DNA from: an uncultured Gemmatimonadales bacterium
Lineage (GTDB): Bacteria > Gemmatimonadota > Gemmatimonadetes > Longimicrobiales > RSA9
Length of the DNA: 64,000 nt
Reading direction: 5' to 3'
Assembly: GCA_963741945.1 (NCBI GenBank)
Contig: CAVUKA010000001.1
Location: forward strand, 448,001 to 512,000
Part shown: positions 33,346 through 41,226 of the stretch, piece by piece
How positions within the stretch are numbered: position 1 is the stretch's first letter
How the letters are laid out: each line of letters starts with the position of its first letter
Notes under the pieces: model-generated
What the model saw: the letters and a program-made list of their open reading frames with translations, nothing else
What the model was told of the DNA's origin: nothing
Databases searched by the model: none
Program-made: the position numbers and the translations under genes

Positions 33346-33858
33346 TCAGACCTTCCGGTTCAGGAGCGCGGGCGCATCCGCGCCCCGGGTCCACTGGCCG
33401 TTCTCGCCGTAGGTGGCGGCCGCCGGGGCCACCAGCTGGCGGACATACTCGTTGCCCGTCTGGATGGCCGCGGTGAGCACCGCGCGGTTGAGCGACACTT
33501 CCCGCGAGAGCGTGCGCGCGCGGGCTTCCACGGCCGCCTGGCCGTCGCGGAGCGCCGGTGTGGCCTCGAGGCCGAGGGCATCGGAGAGCCCGGCCACCGG
33601 GATGTCGGAGCGGGTGGTCAGCACGTGGACGAGGGCGTACCGGCGACGCCTGGCTTCCGCCAGCGTCTGGAGGACGCGGTGCGCCGCGTGGACGGAGCGG
33701 TCGACGCGGGAGACGTCGGAGCCGGCCACCCCCTCGCGCTGGTCGCGCAGGATGCCACCGAGCTGGTCGAGCAGCCGGGCTTCGGAGCCGAGGCAGTCGA
33801 CGAGCGCGTCGACGGTGCGCGTCCGCAGCGGGGGCCCGGACGCCTGGGCGACGCTCAC
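33346..33858 (-). CDS. flgN: Flagellar export chaperone FlgN
   Basis: Helical protein between flgJ and flgK, LNRAVL...TYGENG C-terminus. Confidence 0.7.
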   Translation of the reverse strand: MSVAQASGPPLRTRTVDALVDCLGSEARLLDQLGGILRDQREGVAGSDVSRVDRSVHAAHRVLQTLAEARRRRYALVHVLTTRSDIPVAGLSDALGLEATPALRDGQAAVEARARTLSREVSLNRAVLTAAIQTGNEYVRQLVAPAAATYGENGQWTRGADAPALLNRKV

Positions 33859-34142
33859 TGGCGCACCCGGTCCACGAACCGGCGGTACAGTGTGTCGGCC
33901 AGACTGTGCCGGCCTCGCTCGGCGGCGACCCGGGACACGTGCTCGTCCAGCATCGCGGTGAACATCTCCTCGCCCCGGCCGCCGTCCAGCAGCCCGCCCT
34001 CGGGCACCGTCGATCGCATCACCTTCAGCATCTCCTGGATGAAGACCGCCTCGAAATCCACCGTCGCCGCATGGAGCCGGAACCGCTCCGAGCCGGGGCC
34101 CGGCGCAGGGCTCCCGGTCACCTCCGGCACTCCCGCGCTCAC
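33855..34142 (-). CDS. flgJ: Single-domain FlgJ (rod-binding only, no muramidase)
   Basis: DFEAVFIQEMLKVMRSTV...FTAMLDE...LADTLYRRF; 95 aa. Confidence 0.85.
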   Translation of the reverse strand: MSAGVPEVTGSPAPGPGSERFRLHAATVDFEAVFIQEMLKVMRSTVPEGGLLDGGRGEEMFTAMLDEHVSRVAAERGRHSLADTLYRRFVDRVRQ

Positions 34143-35278
34143 CGGACCTCCACGTCGGCCGTGAGCGAGCCCACGGCCTGCAGCGACCGGAAGATGGCGG
34201 CAATGGCCGCGGGCGTAGCCGCGACGGCGTGGAGCGCGATGGCCACGTCCTGCACCGACGTGCCGGGCGGGACGCGCACGCTGCCCGGCGAGTCCGTAGT
34301 ATCGGCCGAGCCAATGGCCAACGTGAGCGTGCCATGGCTCACCACGGCGGGGCCGAGCGTGATCCCGGCCCCGGCCACCACGGTGCCGTCGCGGGCGTCG
34401 ATGATCACGCGCGCCGCGCGGTCGGGCGCCACGCGGAGCTCGCCCACGCGTCCGAGGAAGGTCGCGAGCGGCTGGTCCCGGGGCGGCTGGAGGAGGACGG
34501 AGCCCGGGTCCTCCACCGTCGCCAGCTCGGAGCCCGCATCCTGGTTGACCACTGCGGCCACGCGCACGGCCGTGGCGATGTCGGGGCTGCGCAGGAGCAG
34601 CCGCGTGGGCCCCGCGAACGACGGCACGCCGGACTCCACCTGGAGGAGCCCGCCGGACGGGATCGCGCCGGAAGTCTCGACGTGGTACTGGTTGCGCACG
34701 GCGGCGCCCTGGCTGAGGACCACGGCGCCCTGGGCCGTAGCCACCGGCGGGTCGCCGGGCCCGGCCATGAGCGGGGTCGACCAGAGCACACCGCCACGGA
34801 GCGACAGGGCATCGCCCAGAGAGGCGACGCTCACGTCGAAATGCCCCCCCGCGTGCAGGTACGGGGAGACTTCCGCCGTGACCAGCACCGCGGCCACATT
34901 GCGCGTCCGCAGGACTTCGGCCGGCACCTCGACGCCGAAGCGGCGCAGCAGGTTGGCCACGCTGCGAACCGTCTGCGGGCTGCCCACGGTGCCCATTGCG
35001 CGGTCGCCCGTGCCGTCGAGCCCGACCATGATTCCGTAGCCCATCAGGCGACGGGGCACGTCCCGCTCCACCGTGACCAGGTCCTTCACCCGCGCCTCCT
35101 GCGCGGCCGCGGCCACCGGAGACAGCGCCAGCGCTCCGCCCGCGGCGGCCGACAGTACGGCCATGGCGAGGCCGAGACTGGCGGGGATGGCGAGCCGGGC
35201 CAGGAAGACGAGGCTGGCGGGGCGGTCAGCCCGGTGGCGGCGTATCCGGAATGGCGGGCGCATCATGGCCAGAGCCAT
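34139..35278 (-). CDS. flgI: P-ring protein FlgI
   Basis: RVKDL, LMGYGIMVGLDGTGD, NVAAVLVTA, SLGDALSLRGG. Confidence 0.93.
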   Translation of the reverse strand: MALAMMRPPFRIRRHRADRPASLVFLARLAIPASLGLAMAVLSAAAGGALALSPVAAAAQEARVKDLVTVERDVPRRLMGYGIMVGLDGTGDRAMGTVGSPQTVRSVANLLRRFGVEVPAEVLRTRNVAAVLVTAEVSPYLHAGGHFDVSVASLGDALSLRGGVLWSTPLMAGPGDPPVATAQGAVVLSQGAAVRNQYHVETSGAIPSGGLLQVESGVPSFAGPTRLLLRSPDIATAVRVAAVVNQDAGSELATVEDPGSVLLQPPRDQPLATFLGRVGELRVAPDRAARVIIDARDGTVVAGAGITLGPAVVSHGTLTLAIGSADTTDSPGSVRVPPGTSVQDVAIALHAVAATPAAIAAIFRSLQAVGSLTADVEVR

Positions 35279-35973
35279 CCGAGGAGGCGACCGATCATGC
35301 TGGAGTGCGGACTGGAGAGGTCACGGCCCGTGGACTCGTACTCGAGCTGCACGTCGGCGATGCGCCAGGACTCGATGGTGTTGTGGGCCGGGATGTCCTC
35401 GGGGCGGAGCCAGCCGGTCAGGTGCAGCTGCTGCGCCGTCCTGTCCACCTTCACGCTCTTCGTCCCCTCGATCCGCAGCAGCCCCGCCGCGTCCACCTCC
35501 ACCACGCGCACGGTCATCTCGCCCGTAAGGCGGTTCTGGCGCGTGGCGGCGCCGCGGTCGGTGGAGCTGCTCCCCGAGTTCGTGTCCAGCGAGCCGGTGC
35601 CGAGGCTCGTTCCATCCACCGACCCGCTGGCCCCCAGGCTGCGGCCCCGACGCTGCTCCGCCATCTCGTTCTTGTTCGCCGACGCCATGGTGTACTCGTC
35701 CAGGAGCACGGAGATGATGTCGCCCACGCGGAACTCCCGGCGATCGCTGGTCCAGGAGCGCGGAATGGCCGCCGACGCCGCGCGGGCGGGTGCGGCCGCG
35801 CTCGTGCTGTCCGCCTCGCCGGGCGAGGCCGCCTCGCCGGGCGAGGGCTGGGCGCCCTGCGCGGCCAGCGGGGCGGCCGCGGCAAGGAGGAGGGCCATGA
35901 CCCGGGCGGCCGCGGCACCCCGGCCCGACCGGCGCCCGCGCGCCGCACGTTCGTTTCCCGATTCAACTCTCAT
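35263..35973 (-). CDS. flgH: L-ring protein FlgH (no lipobox Cys)
   Basis: DRR..RVGDIISV, V.V.EV...G.LRIEG.K, G.LRPEDI..NTI.S.RIAD. Confidence 0.88.
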   Translation of the reverse strand: MRVESGNERAARGRRSGRGAAAARVMALLLAAAAPLAAQGAQPSPGEAASPGEADSTSAAAPARAASAAIPRSWTSDRREFRVGDIISVLLDEYTMASANKNEMAEQRRGRSLGASGSVDGTSLGTGSLDTNSGSSSTDRGAATRQNRLTGEMTVRVVEVDAAGLLRIEGTKSVKVDRTAQQLHLTGWLRPEDIPAHNTIESWRIADVQLEYESTGRDLSSPHSSMIGRLLGWLWP

Positions 35974-36674
35974 CACCTGGCTCCTCCATCGATGCGGACC
36001 GTCCCCGGGCCGTCCGCCACGCCCCAGATGCGACGCCCGGAAGCGGTGCGTACCGCCACTCGCCCTCCGGTCGGCGCGCTCCCGGCGGCGACCCCGCGGG
36101 CTTTCAGCTCGACCCTGCCACCACGCCAGACCAGGGTGACCGGATCCCCCGCGCTCACCGCCAGCGGCGGCGCGACGGCCGGGGGGGCCAGGAGGACTCC
36201 GGCGCCCATCCGTCGCCGGACCACCCAGCCCGGCCGGGCGGGCTCCAGCCCGCGGGGCGCTCCCCACGCAACCGTGTCCACCCGCGCGATGTCCGCCTCC
36301 GTCAGCACCGTCCCGCGCGCCAGCTCCCGCGCGGCGATGGGGAGGGCCAGCCGCACGCCGGCGCGGACGCGCCTGCGCACCACATCACCCCCGGCCTCCA
36401 GCTCGGCCACGTACGCGCCCGCCGCCCCGTTGCCGAGGAGGCGGACGAGGCGGCCAGGCCGTGGTCCGGCAGCACCCCAGTCGAGCACGACCTGCTCCGC
36501 CCCCACGCCCCACCGCGCGGCCAGCTCCGTGGCGACGGAGGTGCGGGCGCTCCGGTCGGCACCCGCCGGCGCGGCGCTCGCCGGCTCCTGCGCCCGCGCG
36601 GCCGAAGCGAGCGGCGCCGCCGCGAACACGACGAGCGCGATCCAGCGCGGCAGGAGCGGTGGGCGCACGCTCAT
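35973..36674 (-). CDS. flgA: P-ring formation protein FlgA
   Basis: Signal peptide, SAF domain AARELARGTVL, PLAVSAGDPV. Confidence 0.8.
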   Translation of the reverse strand: MSVRPPLLPRWIALVVFAAAPLASAARAQEPASAAPAGADRSARTSVATELAARWGVGAEQVVLDWGAAGPRPGRLVRLLGNGAAGAYVAELEAGGDVVRRRVRAGVRLALPIAARELARGTVLTEADIARVDTVAWGAPRGLEPARPGWVVRRRMGAGVLLAPPAVAPPLAVSAGDPVTLVWRGGRVELKARGVAAGSAPTGGRVAVRTASGRRIWGVADGPGTVRIDGGAR

Positions 36675-37459
36675 CGGACCATGTTCGTGGCGGACTGCGC
36701 CATCTCCTCGCTCGTCTTCACCGCCTGGGAGTTGATCTCGTACGCTCTCAGCGCGGCGATCATGTCGACCATCTCCGTGACGATCTCGACGTTGCTCGCC
36801 TCGAGAGAGCCCTGCACCACGCGGCCGAACCCGCTCTCCTGCGCGTAGCCGAGCGTGGGCGGCCCCGAAGCGGGCGTCTCCACGTACAGGTTCTCACCCA
36901 TGGCCTCCAGCCCGGGCTCGTTGGCGAAGCGGGCGAGCTCCAGCCGCCCGAGCTCGACCACGTCCGTGGCCGACTGCATCTGCGCCGTCACCACGCCCCC
37001 GCGCTCGACGGTCAGCCCCGTGGCGTCCTGGGGAATCACGATCCCTGGCAGGAGCTGATAACCGCCGTGCGTGGTCAGCGTCCCGTCCGCCGAAACGGTG
37101 AAGCTCCCGTCGCGCGTGTACGCCACGCTCCCGTCCGGCAGCTGGACCCGGAACATCCCTTCCCCCTCGATGGCCGCGTCCAGCGGCCGACCGGTCTCCT
37201 CCAGCGGGCCCTGCTCGCCCACGCGCTGGACCGCCGCCAGGCGAGTGCCCCGACCCACCTGCACCGGGTTGGTGGTGCCGTAGCCGGCTCCACCCACGCC
37301 CGGCCCCTGCACCGTCTGGTACAGGAGATCTTCGAAATGAGCCCGGCTTCTCTTGAACGCCGTGGTGTTCACGTTCGCCAGGTTGTTCGCGATCACTTCC
37401 ACCCGGCGCTGCTGCGCGGCCATGCCCGTGGCCGCCGTGCGAATCGATGGGTCCGCCAT
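36671..37459 (-). CDS. flgG: Distal rod protein FlgG
   Basis: ANNLANVNTTAFK..RA.FEDLLYQ, YTRDGSF, LEASNVEIVTEMV. Confidence 0.95.
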   Translation of the reverse strand: MADPSIRTAATGMAAQQRRVEVIANNLANVNTTAFKRSRAHFEDLLYQTVQGPGVGGAGYGTTNPVQVGRGTRLAAVQRVGEQGPLEETGRPLDAAIEGEGMFRVQLPDGSVAYTRDGSFTVSADGTLTTHGGYQLLPGIVIPQDATGLTVERGGVVTAQMQSATDVVELGRLELARFANEPGLEAMGENLYVETPASGPPTLGYAQESGFGRVVQGSLEASNVEIVTEMVDMIAALRAYEINSQAVKTSEEMAQSATNMVR

Positions 37460-37482
37460 CTCGGTCTCCTCCGTTCCTCGGG

Positions 37483-38166
37483 TCAGCCCAACCGGCCCAG
37501 CCGGTTCGCCGCGATCCCCAGCACGTCGTCCAGCGTGGTCACCGTCTTCTGCACCGACGCGTATCCGCGCTGCACTTCCACCATCTCCACCAGCCCCTGG
37601 AGCGCGTCGTAGTTGCTCTCTTCCAGCGCGCCCTGGCGAAGCATGCGCCCCTCGTCCCGGACGCGCGCCGTGGCCGTAGCGGTCCACAGACCTGCTTCCA
37701 CCCGGCGCAGTGCAGCTGGCTGCGCCGTCTCCACGCGCAGGCGCGCCACTTCATCCCCGTTCACGCTCACCACCCCCGACCGGTCGATGCTCACGTCCCC
37801 GGGCGGGAGCACCACCACGCCATCCTCCGACAGCACGGGACGGCCGCCGCCGTCCACCAGCACGCCTGAGGCGTCCAGCGACAGCGACCCGCCCCGCCGC
37901 AGCATCTCCCCGCCCGGGCCATCCACCACCAGGAACCCATCACCGGAAAGCGCCACGTCCAGCGGTCGCCCCGTGTCCCGCACCAGTCCCGGGCTCAGGT
38001 CGTCCGTGACACCCACAACGGGCTCCCCGTCCAGCAGTTCCGCGAATACGCGCTGCCGCTTGAAGCCGGGCGTCTCCGTGTTGGCCACGTTGTTGGACGC
38101 GATCTCCTGCCGGCGCTCCCAGTACGTGAGCGCCCGGGCCGCGGCCCGCAGCGGATCAATTCCCAT
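37483..38166 (-). CDS. flgF: Proximal rod protein FlgF
   Basis: SNNVANTETPGFK, TGRPLDVAL.GDGF, GALEESN; directly upstream of flgG. Confidence 0.88.
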   Translation of the reverse strand: MGIDPLRAAARALTYWERRQEIASNNVANTETPGFKRQRVFAELLDGEPVVGVTDDLSPGLVRDTGRPLDVALSGDGFLVVDGPGGEMLRRGGSLSLDASGVLVDGGGRPVLSEDGVVVLPPGDVSIDRSGVVSVNGDEVARLRVETAQPAALRRVEAGLWTATATARVRDEGRMLRQGALEESNYDALQGLVEMVEVQRGYASVQKTVTTLDDVLGIAANRLGRLG

Positions 38167-38199
38167 TTCTCCTCCCCCCGTTGTCTGTGCGCGGCGAAG

Positions 38200-38215
38200 G
38201 GCAACGCCCGTGCCG
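38200..38215 (-). promoter_or_regulatory. sigma54 promoter of the flgFGAHIJNK-csrA operon
   Basis: CGGCAC-GGGCG-TTGC (GG-N10-GC). Confidence 0.75.
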
Positions 38216-38253
38216 CGCCACGCGATCGGCATGGAATCCAGCAATCGTATGCA

Positions 38254-38838
38254 TCACAACGGTTTACGTCCGATCCACCGGTTCCGCAGCGGCCTCGGCG
38301 ATTGAACCGCCGGGCGGAAGGTCATGCCGGTCCCGGCAATCGCGTCCGGGGCGCGGGAGAGGAACACGAGCAGCTCGGCCGCGTCGCGGGAGAGGCGAGT
38401 CTCGCGGGCCACTTCGAGGGCCGCCCTCCCCCCGCGGACGAGTGCGGCGGCGCGGTCCAGCCGGAGGGTGCGTCCCTCCGCCGAGGCGGCGGTGGCGGGG
38501 CGCTGTGCCGATCCCTGCCTGGCGGCGGTGCGGCGGCGCTGGCGGAGATCGACCACGGCCCCGACGCAGGCGAGGGCGAGGGCGAAGCCGAACCCGAGCG
38601 CCAGCACTTCGACCCGCGGGGTCAGGTGGGGGCTCCGCAGCGGGTCGGGCGCGTGGTGGCCCAGCCATTCGATCCAGCCCGCCATCTCGTAGCGGAGGGC
38701 GTGCGTGCCCATGACGGTGTCGGCCGCGAATCGTCGCCCGGCCTCGTGGAAGCGGGCCGCCGATGGCCAGTTGACGCGCGTGGCGGCCACGCCCGCAGCG
38801 CCGGCGGCGAGGAAGCCGAGCGTGGGCCGGAGCTTCAT
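38254..38838 (-). CDS. Hypothetical membrane protein with C-terminal HTH-like segment (DUF2802/DUF6115-like)
   Basis: ATGA-coupled to fliA; TM LALGFGFALALACVGAVV; AALEVARETRLSRDAAELL. Confidence 0.55.
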   Translation of the reverse strand: MKLRPTLGFLAAGAAGVAATRVNWPSAARFHEAGRRFAADTVMGTHALRYEMAGWIEWLGHHAPDPLRSPHLTPRVEVLALGFGFALALACVGAVVDLRQRRRTAARQGSAQRPATAASAEGRTLRLDRAAALVRGGRAALEVARETRLSRDAAELLVFLSRAPDAIAGTGMTFRPAVQSPRPLRNRWIGRKPL

Positions 38839-39593
38839 ACGGGCACCTCGCGGAGGTGCGCGACCTCGGAGCGGAGAGTCTTCAGGACCTTGGATCGGAT
38901 CTGCGAGATCCGGGACTCGGTGACGCCGAGGATGTCGGCGATCTGGTGCATCTTCAGCTCCTCGTAGTAGTAGAGCGTCATGACGAGGCGATCCCGCTCG
39001 GGCAGGCGGGCGAGGGCCTCCCGCACGGCGCTGGTCTCGTCCTCGCGGATGAGGACACCCTGGATCTCCTCGGCGCCCTGGCCAGGAACGATCTCGGCGG
39101 CGGTGATCTGCTTTCCCTCTCCCGCCAGTGGTGCATCGAGGGCGATGCTGACCGCGTCGCTGGCATCGGACTCCCAGCGGGCGAGCGTCTCCACGTCGAG
39201 GTCGAGGAACTCCGCCACTTCGGTCCGGGACGGGGGCCGGGCCAGGCGCGCGGAGAGGGTGTCCCGCGCCTCGTCGATGGCCCGCTGCTTCCGCCGCAGG
39301 GAGCGCGGGACGTGGTCCCACTGCCGGATGTGGTCGAGGATCGCGCCGCGGATCCGTGGCGTGGCGAACGTGCTGAACGCCAGCCCGCGCTCGGGCTCGA
39401 ACGACGCCAGCGCGTCCATGAGTCCGAGCGTGCCAGCGCTCACGAGGTCGTCGCGGTCCAGCTTCCCGTGGATGCGGTTCCAGATCTCCCGGGCCACGTA
39501 GCGGACCAGCGGGAGGTGGTGGTTCAGGAGCTCCTGTCGAGCGCCTTCGTCGTCGGCGTTCCGGAACGCATCCCAGAGATTGGCATCGTTCAT
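38835..39593 (-). CDS. fliA: RNA polymerase sigma28 FliA
   Basis: DDLVSAGTLGL, F.TFA..RIRGAILD, LYYYEEL...ILGVTESRISQI. Confidence 0.95.
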   Translation of the reverse strand: MNDANLWDAFRNADDEGARQELLNHHLPLVRYVAREIWNRIHGKLDRDDLVSAGTLGLMDALASFEPERGLAFSTFATPRIRGAILDHIRQWDHVPRSLRRKQRAIDEARDTLSARLARPPSRTEVAEFLDLDVETLARWESDASDAVSIALDAPLAGEGKQITAAEIVPGQGAEEIQGVLIREDETSAVREALARLPERDRLVMTLYYYEELKMHQIADILGVTESRISQIRSKVLKTLRSEVAHLREVPV

Positions 39594-39595
39594 GG

Positions 39596-40408
39596 CTATC
39601 TCAGGAGTGTGAGAGTTGGATCGGGAGTGTGCCCGCGCGACGGCAGCCTCGAGACGGCAGCGGCGGCGGCGAGGCTCAGGGTCGGCTGGTGCTCGTCGAG
39701 GTGGAACCAGGCATCGAGCGGCAGCTCCACGAGATCGGGCACGTCGGGAAGGCAGCCGAGCCATTCGACGCGTCGATCGAGGAAGCGGGTGGCGGCGAGG
39801 CGGACGGCATCCCAGGCGAAGCGCGCCTCCGTCTCATCCGCGCGGTTGACCAGCGCACCGACATCCGCTTCCGGGTGGTGGTGCCAGATGAGCTTGGCGA
39901 GCGCGTACGCCGCCGGACCCGAAACCGGGTCCGTGCCGAGCACGGTGACGAGCGGCCCGCCGAAATCGCGCATGGCGTGCAGGACCGTGAGGGGCGCCGC
40001 GCCGGCGTCCACAATGATCCGTCCGCCCGCACCGCGTGCGGCCCGACGGAGCGCCGATCTCCGCGCGGCCGGACTGGCGGCGGGATCTCCCAGTCCGCCG
40101 GCGTGCACGAGGAAGAGTTCGGGCGAGAGCTCGACCCGGCGGGGGAGCGGGACGGGGGCGTCGACAGCCGCGTCGACCGGGTCGTCGTCGTTCCCGCCGT
40201 CGCGCCGCAGGATGCGATCGACGCCGGCGAGGCCGTCATGGGCATCGACCAGCGTGACGGGGCCGTCCTGGAGCTGTGCGAGGGCGAGGAGCAGTGCGAC
40301 GGTGGACGTGCCCACGCCCCCCTTCCCTGCCGCCACCACGATGGCGTCGGCGGGCGAGCCGGAGGAGCGGGCCGTGCGGTGCCGTGCGTCGCGGGTGAGC
40401 GAGCTCAT
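39596..40408 (-). CDS. flhG: FlhG/MinD-like protein with altered Walker A
   Basis: Between flhF and fliA; GKGGVGTST, IVDAGA, AYALAK, LVNRA. Confidence 0.75.
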   Translation of the reverse strand: MSSLTRDARHRTARSSGSPADAIVVAAGKGGVGTSTVALLLALAQLQDGPVTLVDAHDGLAGVDRILRRDGGNDDDPVDAAVDAPVPLPRRVELSPELFLVHAGGLGDPAASPAARRSALRRAARGAGGRIIVDAGAAPLTVLHAMRDFGGPLVTVLGTDPVSGPAAYALAKLIWHHHPEADVGALVNRADETEARFAWDAVRLAATRFLDRRVEWLGCLPDVPDLVELPLDAWFHLDEHQPTLSLAAAAAVSRLPSRGHTPDPTLTLLR

Positions 40409-41226
40409 CCGGCCATCCGCGCGCGGGAGCGCTCGACGGCTTCGGCCGCGGCGGTGAACACGCCGGCGCCGCCGCGGCGAAGGTTGCCGGGCACGTCCTG
40501 TCCATCGGCGACCCAGCGGAGCGGCAGCTCCACGGCGCGGACGAGGTCGTAGGCGTCGGCCGGATCCGGCAGCTCGTCGAGCTTGGTGACCAGGAGGTGC
40601 GTGACGCCGGCGCCTGCGTACGCGGCCCAGTGTGCGGCGGCCACGCTCGGGCGGATGGTGGCCGGAAGCACGAGGTGCAGCTCGTCGGGGCGCGTCTGCC
40701 TGAGCGAGAGCCGCCACTCGACGAAGCCATCGTTGGACGGGCTCCGCCCCGGGGCGTCCACGAGGATCACGTCGCATGCCCGGAGGGCTGCCATGGCGGG
40801 CGCCACATCATCGGGGCCGTAGGCGGCCTCGAAGGGGGCGCCCATGATGTCGGCGTAGGTCTGGAGCTGCTCGAGCGCGGCCACACGGTAGGTGTCGAGG
40901 CTGAGGAAGCCCACGCTCCGACCACCGAACGCCTCCGGGTGCAGCGCCAGCTTGGCGGCCGTCGTGGTCTTGCCGGCACCCGTGGGGCCGACGAGCCCGA
41001 CCACGCGAGGCCGCTCGCCGGGGCCCGGCGCAGCGGGTCGAGGGTCGTGGCGCAGCCGGGTCGCGAGCGGCTCCATCTCACAGGCGGGCGCCGCGACGAC
41101 GTCCACCTGCTCACGGCCGTCCACCACCCGCCGGACCACGTGGACGATCATGGCGTCATCGCCGAGCCGATCGCGTACCGCGTCCAGCGCGGCGGTCATG
41201 TCGGGACCGGAAAACGTGCTAAGCAT
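40405..41226 (-). CDS. flhF: SRP-type GTPase FlhF (compact)
   Basis: GPTGAGKTTT, DTYR, DAPG, TKLDE, GQDVP. Confidence 0.92.
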   Translation of the reverse strand: MLSTFSGPDMTAALDAVRDRLGDDAMIVHVVRRVVDGREQVDVVAAPACEMEPLATRLRHDPRPAAPGPGERPRVVGLVGPTGAGKTTTAAKLALHPEAFGGRSVGFLSLDTYRVAALEQLQTYADIMGAPFEAAYGPDDVAPAMAALRACDVILVDAPGRSPSNDGFVEWRLSLRQTRPDELHLVLPATIRPSVAAAHWAAYAGAGVTHLLVTKLDELPDPADAYDLVRAVELPLRWVADGQDVPGNLRRGGAGVFTAAAEAVERSRARMAG

